This document shows positions 1 to 12,377 of a stretch of 64,000 nt of DNA, one piece after another; position 1 is the first letter of the stretch, and each line of letters starts with the position of its first letter. The stretch is from Setoptus koraiensis. Lineage: Eukaryota; Animalia; Arthropoda. The translations under genes and the position numbers were made by a program. Under the pieces are notes generated by a model. That model was not told where the DNA came from. It did no database searches and worked only from the letters and a program-made list of their open reading frames with translations. The stretch spans positions 13,330,001 through 13,394,000 of the forward strand of contig CM106585.1 of NCBI GenBank assembly GCA_048013815.1. Reading direction: 5' to 3'.

Positions 1-2349
1 AACTAAAACGACTACACAGACAGAGGGCTGCTGCTGCTGTCTAGACGCCAACAGCACCAGCAGCAGCGTAAGCTACCGACGTGCCATGTTTTTAATTGAC
101 GCAATCAGCATCACAAATAGCAACGCAGCAATGGCCAGGTGAAAATCGGGCGCAATCCGGAAGGCGGAATGTGGAATGCGAATAGTGGAATGTGAACTGA
201 TGAAGTGGAGCCGATAGTGGCTTCGCTTGCCGGCTCTGCTGGTCCAGTGATAATAAATGGGGAATTATCAATAGCGCCACTTGTTTCACTTTGGATGCTT
301 CACTCTCGCTTCTTCGCATTTGTTGCTGCCAACTTCATCATCGTCGGCGTCGTCGTCAGCGATACAGCCAGTGAATACAGATGCCAGTGAATAGAGGAAA
401 CAACCACAACTGGACCACACTTGCAAGCTGGCTAATTATAGCTAGACTCGTGGACACACCAAAAACTCACTAACAGATGCCAATCTCACACTCAACTGAT
501 TAGATTGAGCAACCACACACTTGCACACGCATCTGAATCAGATGATCTGATCTCTCTGTATTACAAAGTCTGTAATGAGATCAGATTAATTCCGACGAGC
601 GCTGCACACAAATTGAATTACTATCGGAAGTTGGGTTTTTTCGTGGAGGCACGCATGTAACGTTGACATTTACAAGTCACTCTCAAACACTAGCTGCTCT
701 GCGTGAGATCGCCAATTGAAAACTTTCCATTCATGGGGTGAGTGCTTAAATTGGCGAATTGTTCGCAAAATGACGCCACAAAGCCTGTCAATTGTCGTGG
801 CCAGACATCGATCAACTAAACGAATTGAAATTCAGCCGTTCAACTGGAAATTGTTAATCGAGCGCCAGTGACACTATACTAGATAAATGACCCCATCAAG
901 CTGTATGGATGGTCAGCTAAGACGCCAATGAGACAACTTTCACTGAGCAACAAGTAAAAGTTTCGAAACTCATTTGAGTCAAAATGCTTGATTCTCGATA
1001 TATTTTCGCCCGACGATGTGTGTGTTACCACATGTGGGGATAAACGATCAAAGACACGATGTGGCAATTATTGCAATTATCGTCTTTCGCTCCCCCTATT
1101 TACAACTATTTCTGGCTCGCTATCTATCACTGAGATTTACGTTCTCTATTTTAAACATCAAACGGAGAACTCGGTCGGCGGTTGCCAGTCAAGTCATAGG
1201 TCAGTCCAAGATTTTCGGCAACCATTAAATCATGAGACGACTTCAGCTAGACTAGCAATGCAAGTTGCACAGTGTTGCTACATGACTTTATAATCGGCTC
1301 ATATGAGGCAACACACATCACTTGATATGAGTTTTTCGTAGCCGACACCGTCTAAATGTATAAACCAATTGAGCTAATGAGATTATGTGTAAGTGGTGAT
1401 AGATGAGGTAGGCAGCCTAATGAACTCGCTGGCTGGCCGTGTGTGTGTGCCAAGTTGAAACCTTTCCCTCGCCTAAATCATTTCTGGAATGATTTCCGCC
1501 CAAAATGGATGCACTTGCGATGGTTTCCGTAGTCAACAATTTTTCTCGCTAACAAGCAACACAATATATCTAGACGAGAGTTTGCACCACCACAAACAAC
1601 AGCAACAACAACAACAACAACAACAACAACAGCAACAGCAAATTCAACGCCCGTGGCAAGAGCGAGAGAGCGAGAAAAGCTTGTTAAAAGCAAGCGAGTC
1701 TAATATCTCATTTATTATATCGTTCAAATTCAAGTTCAATGACACCCACTTTGCCTGTGTGCACTGTGTATCTGGACACGCAAGAACCGGATCAAAATGT
1801 TAATTATCTCGCTCGTTGTTGTTATTATTGGGGCGTAGAGGCATGGAACAGTCGTGATGGCGATGCAAATCTTGATATCTAAATATCTTTAGAACATAAG
1901 GTGGGGAGTCACTTCCACTTGCCAGCCAATAACGCTAATGTAACTCTGGCATGTTCTTGTGAGTTCCTGTTGTTGAAAAACTGCTGACTGCTGAGAACAA
2001 GTGGCAACAATGGCCCGATAATCCTGATTAGCACAGTTTAATCCTATAACAAGCCGTGTGTATCACCGCGGTGTTTTAAAAAATGAAGCGAATCCCTCGC
2101 TCTCTCTTCCTGACAGGTAACTCTGTCGGAATCTAGCGCGCCTGGCAATCTGCATATTTTTTGCACCGGCAATGCACCCACATGGCGTCTAGACACTTTC
2201 TTTACCACATTGTTTGGCGTGCTCTTCGGGACAGAGTTTCTTGGTTCGCCATGTGCGCCAGCGTTAAGCAGCATGCACGCCATATTTCAGGTTTAGCTGA
2301 CAACAAGCCATAAATATGACGCTTCATACTACAGTGTTCCTCGTAACAG

Positions 2350-2386
<37 letters not shown>

Positions 2387-2872
2387 GGATAATTCTTAGA
2401 ATGGGCGCGATTGGCTCGATCTGTTCTCGTCGAGACAGACACAGAGGAATGGTTGCGAAAAATATGGCCAGTTTCGGCTTGAAGCGAAATGACAAGACAA
2501 CGAGATGGCGCGAGATGAAAGTAGAGAGACAAGGATTAGTTGCTGAGAACAAGAATGGTGGCATCAGCAGATTCGGCGGCTAGAGTGGCAGTTGTATGGA
2601 CTGACAGACCGATTCGGAGAGAGAGTAAGAGAGAGAGGGGGGGGGGAGAATCCGAGCTTGAGGCTTGCGGCGGAGAACAAGAGCGAGGCAATTGGAATTA
2701 GAATGGAGTTTGCGCAAGTGGCAGCGATGACTGACTGACTGGCTGGATGGATGGATGAAACTTGGTTAACTGTTCGTCTCGAATTCAACAAATCATCATT
2801 CAAATTGCAAATTGCATATCCATTGCCATCTCCGCAATCAGATGAACTACAAACAAGCCCGTTACATTCCAA

Positions 2873-2989
2873 CGGTTAGATTCTGACGGTTAGATTCTGA
2901 CGGTTAGATTCTGACGGCTAGATTCTGACGGCTAGATTCTGACGGTTAGATTCTGACGGTTATATTCTGACGGTTATATTCTGACGGTT
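2873..2989. repeat. 14-bp minisatellite, CGGTTAGATTCTGA x8 plus a partial unit
   Basis: Eight contiguous units read directly: 3 consensus, 2 with CGGCTAG, 1 consensus, 2 with TTATATT, then CGGTT. There are no spacers. Confidence 0.95.
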
Positions 2990-5900
2990 GGAAGAGCGGG
3001 ACAGGGAGAGAAAAGTCACTTAGTTGCGACAGGTAACGCCGACTCGGCTGGCAGCGCCAACAAAAGGCAGCTTGACAAAAGTCATGTCAGTTTGACAAAG
3101 TGACTCGGCTCACAGCAAACACGACCCACTATTTGTTGTTGTTGTCGTTGTTGTTGTTGGGTGACACTTTGCTGACTTTATCAGCATCTAACATGGCGGA
3201 CTAATTTAAATAGACTACCCATTTAGTAGGGGCGAGGGCAGGGGGAGAGCAACAATTTTTATTATTCATCCACACAGCAGAAACCTGTTGACTTCTGCTC
3301 GAGCCAGTCAGCAGTCTAGACTGCTGACTGGATGAGAAAATGTCAGCTGATCATCATCGTCGTCGTCGTAGATGATCCATGAATGGCGGCCGTTATTAGC
3401 AACAGTTGGCAGCAGAAGTAACGGTACACCAGCTACTATTTTTGTGTTTGCCAAGCTCTGACAAGCAGTATTAGTGTTATGTAAGCAACTATCGCAACTG
3501 TGGGCCGACCATTGCTGCATGCGAACGCAGTATCAAATTCGCGAACATGGCTACAATCCTGAAGGTAAATCATTATTATTGGTGGTGTAATAGCCACGAC
3601 AACTTCGATGTGCCGGTTGCGCCAAATGTCAAAGTTGTCACAACATTGTCATGGTGGCCATGGTCGCCACAACAAACGGCGGCGCTCACACAATTTTGTC
3701 AGCTTTTCAATGCGACAAAATGCGCCATCCAACAGGCTGCGATAACGGCCCGGCGAAAGTGAATGAATCGCCGTTATCGGGTCAGAATAGGTTGGCTATT
3801 GACTCGGCACTGTGTTACAGTTGCCTGTGACAACAAAACAGTGAGAGTAATCAACTTAAACTCGTCGTATAACGGTATAACGGTGTTGCTGGTGCCAGTG
3901 AGAGTGACTTTTACGCACTCTGTTCATACAAACTAAATATAAACACTCGCCCAGCGACTAGTGTCAATAAACTGTGACTAAATAAAAAAACTAGTTGTTA
4001 TAACAGGTGTCAGTAGAGTGTGGCAGAGCGCAGGCAAAGTAGGTAGTGTGGTAGCTAGGGCGAGTTGCCCTACAGACAAACTCATCATAAGTCATTCTAA
4101 TCAATTTTATCCAATTGATCCGGATTCTCTGTAGCCATCTGGCGTTGATGTTGGATAACAGGCTCGGTGTCAACAAGTAGGCCTCACATGTGTAGCTGTC
4201 AAACTGTGCGACCGCTCTGTATTAAGCAGCCGACAATTTGCCAGTGAGAACAAGCAGATTGTCAATTTTGCCTAACAAGATTTGTTACACTGACAAATGC
4301 GTCTGTGCCAGTCGATGTTTGTGATAATAACGTTTGTGACCCAAAAAAGTTAACGTCAATCGCAGCCATAGGCAAACGATGCGGATCGATAACAACGAAC
4401 AACAAAAAAGCCGAAATAAGCAGGCTTTAGCAGGCGGCCTGCAAGCGTTGCCATCGAGCGCACATGTGCCGGCACACACGACATTTACCCGTCTATGGGA
4501 GTGCGTCGCCCATCGACACTGATGCCTATTGAATGCGACTCAAGACATTTTTTAGCCCATCATTGCGCTGAAGAATGTGCGCTAGAGAAGTAACAAACGC
4601 ACGATATCGCAATGATGATGGAAAAACTCTTGTCGGTTTCCCAATTGGCTGCAATGCGGAATTGCACTGCAAAGAGCGCGTTTGCGCAAAATTTGCCTGC
4701 ATGAGCCGTTAATTGATTTGATCACAATCTAATGGTTTTTGAGGGCGTCATCTATATTAGATATTATTATAATTTAATGAAGGGCTATTAATGAATCATT
4801 AATAATGAACGGCAGCGCGCCATCATGATAGCGAGCCGGCGATTGAAAGATGAGTGACGAGACAAGCCATCGCAACTTGTAGACCACAAAGGCTATATTC
4901 AGGGCTCTTCAGGCTCTTCAATGAGGTACGTGAAGCACGTCGAGCGCGTCAAGCAGCGACTTCCTCTGACAGCGGCGCAATGAGAGAGTGAGTTATTGTT
5001 ATTTGCATGTAGCATGCACTTTGATGCACTTGATTGGTGGCGTCAATTTGCAGCGCCAACAACAACAACAACTGCGCCAACTGCAAATTAAAGTTGCAGA
5101 GGCGTCACTAATCTAAGGGCTTATCGTGTTTATCAGTTAATTAATCACATTAGCCGCCATTTATTAATCAAACGATAAGCATCTCGGTCTCCCCCTTCAG
5201 TGTCTAGACATTTGTCAGGCACGATTGTGTTTGTATCGGCGTGTGCGGTGCATCGACATGCAATATCAACACTAGTGATGCGACATACAGGATTTGCCTG
5301 TAATTGGCTTGTAATGACAAACATCTATCAAACAGCATGGACAGCGAGACATTTTTGCAAGGTGCGCCGCTTGTTGTTGTACAAGTGAATTGAACCTGTC
5401 GCATACGACAATAACGACGCTCAATAACAACAACAGCGACATCGATGCGCCAGACGACTCTGTCTGTTGGCGCTAGTAATTGCTCATTGAAATTGCGCAA
5501 TTACTAGCGCATGTGTGTTTGATACAGACAATCACTGTCTAGTAGACAGTGTCTATAAACAAACAATGGACGATTTTCAATTTTGACAACTGACGCAACC
5601 ATTGCGAGCCAATGCGAGCGAGCCATCTTGTTCGAATGTCGCCGTGACGCTGTCTAGACTGCATGCCAGACCCAAAGAGCATAGGGGTCTCGTTGTAAAA
5701 TATTCGTTGGCGCAAGACTAGACAGCAATCAATTGATTCGAAATGACAACAATCGATACACAACGACTGACTCACCGGGCCACTAGTGCAATAGAGCAAC
5801 CATGTGATGGTACAACATTACAATACAAAGCCATAACAAAGATGATACTCCACTTATTTTGACAAATGTCAGATGAGCTCACAATTGTCAGCCGTTGTGT

Positions 5901-6606
5901 AAGTGTACTGCTGTCGGGTAAGAGATATACATGCCACTTACGTAAGTGATATAAATGGAAAAGTTTATTTTCACTAGCAACAACTATGTTAATCCGTTGC
6001 TCACACCACTAACGAGGCGGCCTTGTTCACCTGTTGCTGGTCTGTTGTTGCTGTTGTTGTTTGTGTATTTGTAAAGCCCATTTGTGCAACTGGTTGGCTG
6101 ACAAAACGAGCAGCATGAGAAGGACATTTTTCTATTTTCAAATGTAAACAACAATTGTTGTGTAACAATTGGGTAGTAGGCAGTAATCCATCCAGAGCAT
6201 GCATTATGGCACTTTGTTAGCAACGATCAATACAGTTGAAATTTGTTACACACATCTGACTGGCTGACTTTGGCGTCGCAAGCAAATGTTCTCGACTCTT
6301 CCGAGATCTCGTTTCCGACAATTTCCATTGTCACTGCTCTTGCTTCACCATTTGCTCACACAATCATAGATACAAATACATGCGGCTGCTGGCACACAAA
6401 TCTAACAATCTAGGCTACCTTGTAAGGCGAGATTGAAGGGTGCAACTGCGACCATGGTGACAATGTAACCATCATCACGTTGTTTGGAATGTGGCACAAT
6501 TTTCCATAACACCACAACTGACAAGCAAATTGACAGTCCGAACAAATTCACAGTCAAGTTGATGGTCGATTGCGCAAATTGGTTTTGCTTCACTGTTTAT
6601 TGACAG

Positions 6607-6822
6607 GATTCAATCAAGTCGCACAATCTCGAATGGCTTTTTCCACGGGAGCAGGACAACTGCAAACAATTATACATTTGTTTGCAGTTGCCCTCCAGTA
6701 CTGCAGTTTTCGCAGCGATATCGATTCATCTTGGCGAACTCCGACATGTGGCTGCCAGTGGGTGCCCGCCTGGCTTTCGTCACAAACAATTCAATGTTCG
6801 ATGTCTGCCATCCACTGCGTGA
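6607..6822 (+). pseudogene. Possible remnant of a chitin-binding peritrophin-A (CBM14)-like domain
   Basis: Frame reads ...WLFPREQDNCKQLYIC...SGCPPGFRHKQFNVRCLP*. C-x5-C and CPPG...C (C-x12-C) match CBM14 spacings. The first and sixth Cys are missing, there is no ATG, and the frame has stops at 6466 and 6601. Confidence 0.25.
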
Positions 6823-6918
6823 TGGACAAGAAATTTTATAAAAATTCACAACAAACACCAGCGTGTTGTCTTCAATAATTCAAAAACTAAAATTAGATTG
6901 CTCAATATACGCTCATGA

Positions 6919-6956
6919 TATAAATAGTGGGCAACAGCTTTGTGAGGATATCATTC
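6919..6956 (+). promoter_or_regulatory. Candidate TATA box plus initiator upstream of the defensin-like ORF
   Basis: TATAAATA at 6919-6926 and TCATTC (TCAKTY-type Inr) at 6951-6956. Spacing is slightly longer than canonical. Confidence 0.35.
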
Positions 6957-7048
6957 GAAATTGATCTCTCAAGGCAAACACACAAATCAATCAATATTTA
7001 TTTGGAATATTCTTGAAAACAAATTGCCGACGACAAAAAAAAAAGAAA

Positions 7049-7258
7049 ATTTCGTTCGAGCCTATCATTTGGATCTTGGCCTCGGCTCTGTGCGTCAATT
7101 TGGTTTTGGTTGGCGCCAAAGAATGTCCAAATACACCAGAATATCCCCATTCAGTGAAATATCGCCGAGATTGCAAAACAGGTTGCATAGAGGCTGGTTA
7201 CCGTGATGGCGTACGCTTAAGTCGCGCAGAATGTTGCTGCACATATTTCATTGAATAA
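7049..7258 (+). pseudogene. Secreted CSab defensin/toxin-like peptide with no ATG (probable pseudogene or non-AUG start)
   Basis: From ATT at 7049: (I)SFEPIIWILASALCVNLVLVGA is signal-peptide-like, followed by KEC-x15-CKTGCIEAGYRDGV[R]LSRAECCCTYFIE*. This matches C-x3-C...G-x-C...C-x-C with the GxC Cys replaced by Arg (CGC, one transition from TGC). Confidence 0.55.
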
Positions 7259-8406
7259 TGAGTGAATTCGGCAAATTGAGTCACATATAGGCCAATGAAT
7301 TTTAACAGAATGATATCCACGAGACAGCGACAAAGGTTGCGCAACGAGGAAAGATAATGTTATCCTCGATTCCAATTAAATGATCTCGTGCATCCGGCAA
7401 TTTTGTGCTTTTTCTCGAGGCATGCAGCCGCCAAACGAGCTTCGATAACTGCATAAACATGTTTGTACATAATGCGCACTCGTTAGTGTGCAATGTCACG
7501 TCAATCCATTGATACATTTATCACTGGCATATCTAGTGAAATTCTAAAAATATCCTTACACTGCAAGTTAGTGTCTTTTTTTAGTGTCTTGCACAATTGC
7601 GCAACATCGTTTTATCGTTATTCGATAGTCGGCGCCGATTGTTGCGCCGAAACTTCTATTGTGACTCGCGGTTTGTGTCGCGCAAATCGCTCAGGATCAC
7701 ATGAGAATAGATAGAGATATCAAGTGATAATTGTGACCAATGTGTCGATTCTGACGAAGCCGTCGTTTATCCTATATGAGCCGAAAGCGCAAGCCTGGGG
7801 TCTTGTCAGGGTGACAGCAGCGCACGGGCTGCCGTCAGAGGGCTACGAGTCGCTGATGGCGGCAAAAAAATGCAGAGACAACCAGACTTCGGCGAGACAG
7901 CTTACATAAAGACTTGTATAATGAGGAGAAAAAATTCTTGGTGGTTGCCAAGTGTCGGTTTATTATTATTATTTATTGTGCAACAGCGACATTACCGTTG
8001 AATGCACAAGTGGATAAAATAAAATATTTTAATTACAAAACTCGCGCCTAATCGACCTTTCTCTCTTTGTCTAGATCGCTTTGGCTGCTTGTGAGACTTA
8101 CGCGATAGCTCGGCATGAGAGAGCTCGACCCTTTTACAAGTGTTAGTTTCACAAGCTGCCAGCAAAATAGGCAGCCAGGCGGGCAGGTGCGGCAAGCAAT
8201 TAGTTGCTTATAATAGCGACTTGTTGATTAGTTATACTGGCTTGCCGATCGATTATATATTAGGCATGTTGATCACGTAGCTGGTGGCAGCGAGCGCGCC
8301 TAGCCGAGTAGTGGCCGGCGTTTGTTTATCAGCATTGTGTCTGTTTCCTTTTGTGCGGTTGACTTTGCGTCTGTTCACCTGTTCCAACCACAAGCAACAA
8401 CGACAA

Positions 8407-8438
<32 letters not shown>

Positions 8439-11029
8439 CGGCCGATTGTTATTGAATCCGAAAGAATCGACCTGGAAGTGTGCGTTTCACCCTTGCCTGT
8501 GTGCCTGCGTGAGCAGCCTCGAACACGAACGGGGCCTCCCGTGCAATCCATCGCCAGAAACGATCAATATCAGCACTGAGAGTCTATTCTGAGTTAGCTG
8601 CTTCGAAACTCACCTGGCCTGTGACGTTCCCGGCGAGCGATGGGCAACCATCAGGGCAGGTTAATCACGTACACGCGTAACTCACAACAAAGTTATGCGT
8701 GTACGTGATTAGGTAAGACCGTGTTTGGTTGGCTTCGCCGCCGATTGGGATGCTCGCATATGTTGCCTGTTGCAGCAACGACGACAACAACAACGACGAC
8801 AACGACAACAGCGACAATAGCGACAACAACAACAACGACAACAGTAACGACAACAACAACAACAACAACCAGTCGCGAGTGTGTTGTAATTACGATAAGT
8901 GCGTTGATATGCGCACCACTAATTATCACCTCTTTCGTTAATTAATCAGCGGAGTGTCTTGTCGTTATCACCGGAGCTGCTGTCAGTCGCAGTAGCTCCA
9001 TCGAAGCCAATCAACTCATTCTCACAGTCTGTAATTGGATAACGCTGGCACTTATTGATTAAGGGTCCATCATCCATCTTGTTTTGGACACGGTGTCGCT
9101 GTCGCCTGCCACAAGTGAGGTTATTGACTGTTTAAGAAGCTGATAGTTAAATTAAATCTCTCGCTCACTTGGGGCTTACTGGTCGCGCTCAAACACAACG
9201 CTACGTCCACACCAGAGGGCTGTACCTGTAGCTGGCTGCGTCTCTAATTATGGTCTCGACAGTCAATATGGCAGCTCTGATTTCGCGATCGCGATCGTCA
9301 TTCGCAGTGACAATCGCAGTGCATGGGGCTACCTATTGATAGTTGCCATTGACAATGGCGAACAGTCGAGTCACAGAAAAATCAAAATGAAATCTAAACG
9401 ACAGCAACACAAGACGGTGAGACGCGTTTTCAACGTGGGCTCATTTTTGGTTTCTCTGTCAAGAATTGGGATGCACCGCAGTGTCTCGCAGCTTGACTTT
9501 CCTTGTGAGTCGAGTGGAAATATGAGAACAAGATCACTAGGAAAAGCAATATGGGTTAGCAGAAGTGAAGCAGCCAGTCAACGTAGCGAGAGCGGGTGGC
9601 AAAAGTTGTAGCGAGTTGTGGTCATTACCAACAACAAGCAACAACAACAACAACAACGACAGCAACAACAACCTGTTGCAAGGAAACTTCCAATCGTGTC
9701 TATCCAAGTGTCTCAGCAGGTTCAGTGATTTCAGCGAATGAACTTACATAATAATATAATAAGAAGCTTGTTGTTTAATGGCGAGTGATTAAAAATAATC
9801 AACAAAACTCGTCTATTGATGGCCTGATTGGGCCAGCTGAGCTGATTCGAGCTGGCCCGTCGAACCGAGCACGACGTGGCTTGTCGCTGGCACGACAAAC
9901 AAACAAGCAAACAGGTTACAAACGTCTCTCTTGTTTTCGGCTCGTCTGAAACGTCGTGAGCTGTCACTAGGGGACACAATGAACTTTGTTTGCCTTTGTT
10001 TGCCAGCACCAATATCGAGTTGATCTTTAGATTTTGTTTACAACAACAACAACGACGACGACAACGAACTGCCCTCTCCATTTCGACACCGACGCCGCTT
10101 TCGGTGTCATATTGCACGCCATCAGATATTAGCCAGTTTTAAATGTCTTCACGAGACAAACGGTTACACACAAGTTGCGTGTTGAATTAACAACAGCAAC
10201 AGACTATTAATTTGGCTTGTCGCCGGTGATGGTTGCAGCCGACAACGGCATCAGGAAAGCTTCGAGACGCTGCTAACTTTCAAGCTTGCATGATATTACA
10301 TAGAGGTGATATTATATAACATATTATGCAACAGACACACGGCACCCGGCGACAGTATCCGTCGCCGCTATTGTGAACAGAAATCGCCAGAAATAATGGT
10401 GATACTGTCGCTGCAAAACAACAACATTCGAGCCAACATAAGCCAGGTATATGGGTAATCGGAATAGCTCGCCGGCGACAAGACAAGCCTTTCGCGAGTA
10501 TGCAGACGATTTGCGTCACTCTGGCGTGTTTATTATTATTATTATTATTATTATTATTGTCGTTGTTGTTGTTGTTGTTGTTGTTGTGGTTGCTGTTGCT
10601 GTTGTTCGTGTTCCATGATCGCATAATCGGTTGTTGTCGTGAGCTGTCAGACGTCGTCTATTACAGCGACGACAGCAACAACAACAACAACAAGTGATGA
10701 TGTATAACTCTTATCCTTTCTCTCTCGTCAGAATGAGCTCCCTGTCTCCCTCTGAAGCTAATAATCGGAAGATTACGTAAAATCCTGTTTCGATGTTATG
10801 ACCGGCTCGCTATGGAGCTGTCGCCACTGCGAAGATTGTTCGTTGCTTCTGTTTATCTGTTTATCATTGTTTAATCCGATGTTTGTCAACAAATCACAAA
10901 TTTTTATTAGCCTTCTTCTCTCTCATCACGTTTCTGCACAGGTGGCAATAAACTATAGTAAAAATTGTCACTGTCGTGAGTGGAAAGAAATGACGGAGAT
11001 GAAAAAAAGAAGAGAAAAAAACAGGTCGC

Positions 11030-11035
<6 letters not shown>

Positions 11036-11095
<60 letters not shown>
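11036..11095. repeat. (CT)30 microsatellite
   Basis: Perfect dinucleotide run read directly. Confidence 0.95.
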
Positions 11096-11105
<10 letters not shown>

Positions 11106-11549
11106 CACCCAGCGAATGCCTTTCGCTGGCGAAAGTCTTAAGAGTCGCAAAGGTGACAGTACACTACCAATTGAATCAATTCAGCAAGGCTTCATATTAT
11201 TAGCATAGGGCAGCATGATGTAATGGTAAAATACGCTTGTTTCTAGCCAGTTTACTGCCGGCCCGCGGACAGCAGATGCCACAACCTGTTGCTGTTGTCG
11301 GAACAAACTCTCTTGCGAATGCTGTATCTATACAATGCCGAATTATGCAAAAATGTCGCCTTGCTTAGGGACACTATTAACCATGCTCGTGTTGCTATTT
11401 TCATGCAAAGCGACAGAATTAGTTTCTCACTAGTCTGTTTGTTCCGGTAAAATTTTCGGCGTTTTCCCTGAGGACGAACATCACCGAAAAAAAGCACAGA
11501 TTGCGCAACAGACTTGCGTGAATTTTCTCGAAAATATCCTACAGGTAAT

Positions 11550-11985
11550 CTGTTGAGGAAACATCCCGAAGACAACTGAAGGATGCCCCCATGGCCGAGT
11601 CGGAAATGAATGCCAGCAATAAATACTCACCGAACAGGCCGTTTATGGCTTGCGAAACTTATGGCACCGCGCTCGTGCATTCCGAACTGAATTTGTTGGC
11701 GTCGCATTGCCCCGTAAGCTAGCCCCCATGTGAAATGGGGGCGATTCCTCAATCCGACCGATTCGAATTCTGGATTTTTCGGTTTCTCCTGGTCTCTTTT
11801 CAGTGGGAACCCGTTTTTTCGGGTTCAGTTAAGGTCATTTTTGGGTTATTTTTCGAAATATAAGATTCAAAAATGGATTGACGTTCGCCATCGACATATA
11901 TTTAGAATGCGATATGAGACATTTCGAAAAAGAACGCTCTACTTTACGGTTTTCACGGGACAAAACACCCATGTCCGGTGTTTTG
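11550..11985. other. Repeat-free, hairpin-rich island (structured ncRNA or transposon-end remnant, unresolved)
   Basis: Stems at 11722-29/11735-42, 11807-13/11820-26 and 11961-69/11977-85, plus long-range pairing of 11552-67 with 11738-53. Confidence 0.3.
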
Positions 11986-12377
11986 AGGGCGAACAAATAG
12001 GGCTCAATCATACGAGAGGCTCTGCACCCATTATTTTGATAAAATCATTTATTTGGTGTTCAAAATGTGCGCCCACAGTTGTCAGTTGTCTTGCGGAGCC
12101 GCGCGTCAGATGGAGCCACTGCAATTCCTCTCAAATAACCACGGTGCGCTCACACAGATGATGCACCAGATGATGCGAGAGAGAGCCACGTCAACCGGCA
12201 ATACGAATGCATTGCTGACAGGGCAAATCACAACAACAACAATAATCCGGCTAAAAGGCACAAATTTGTTTGTTTTAGGCTTCATTACACTTATTTTATA
12301 ATTATAATCAATTAATTATTATTTATTACCTATATACTGATTGAATCGGAACACGAGGAACATAACGTAGGACAATA

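Noticed and set aside
2873-2989. CRISPR-like regular repeat
   Set aside because: Units are contiguous with no spacers, there are no cas genes, and the context is eukaryotic.
7750-7839. GC-rich 7+4 bp stem with an SRP-like GTCAGG...AGCAGC
   Set aside because: Spacing is too short for SRP helix 8, and stems this size arise by chance.
11585-11770. tRNA (GCCCCCA.../...TGGGGGC acceptor-like stem) or hammerhead ribozyme
   Set aside because: No cloverleaf or T-arm in the right place, and no intact CTGANGA/GAAA core.
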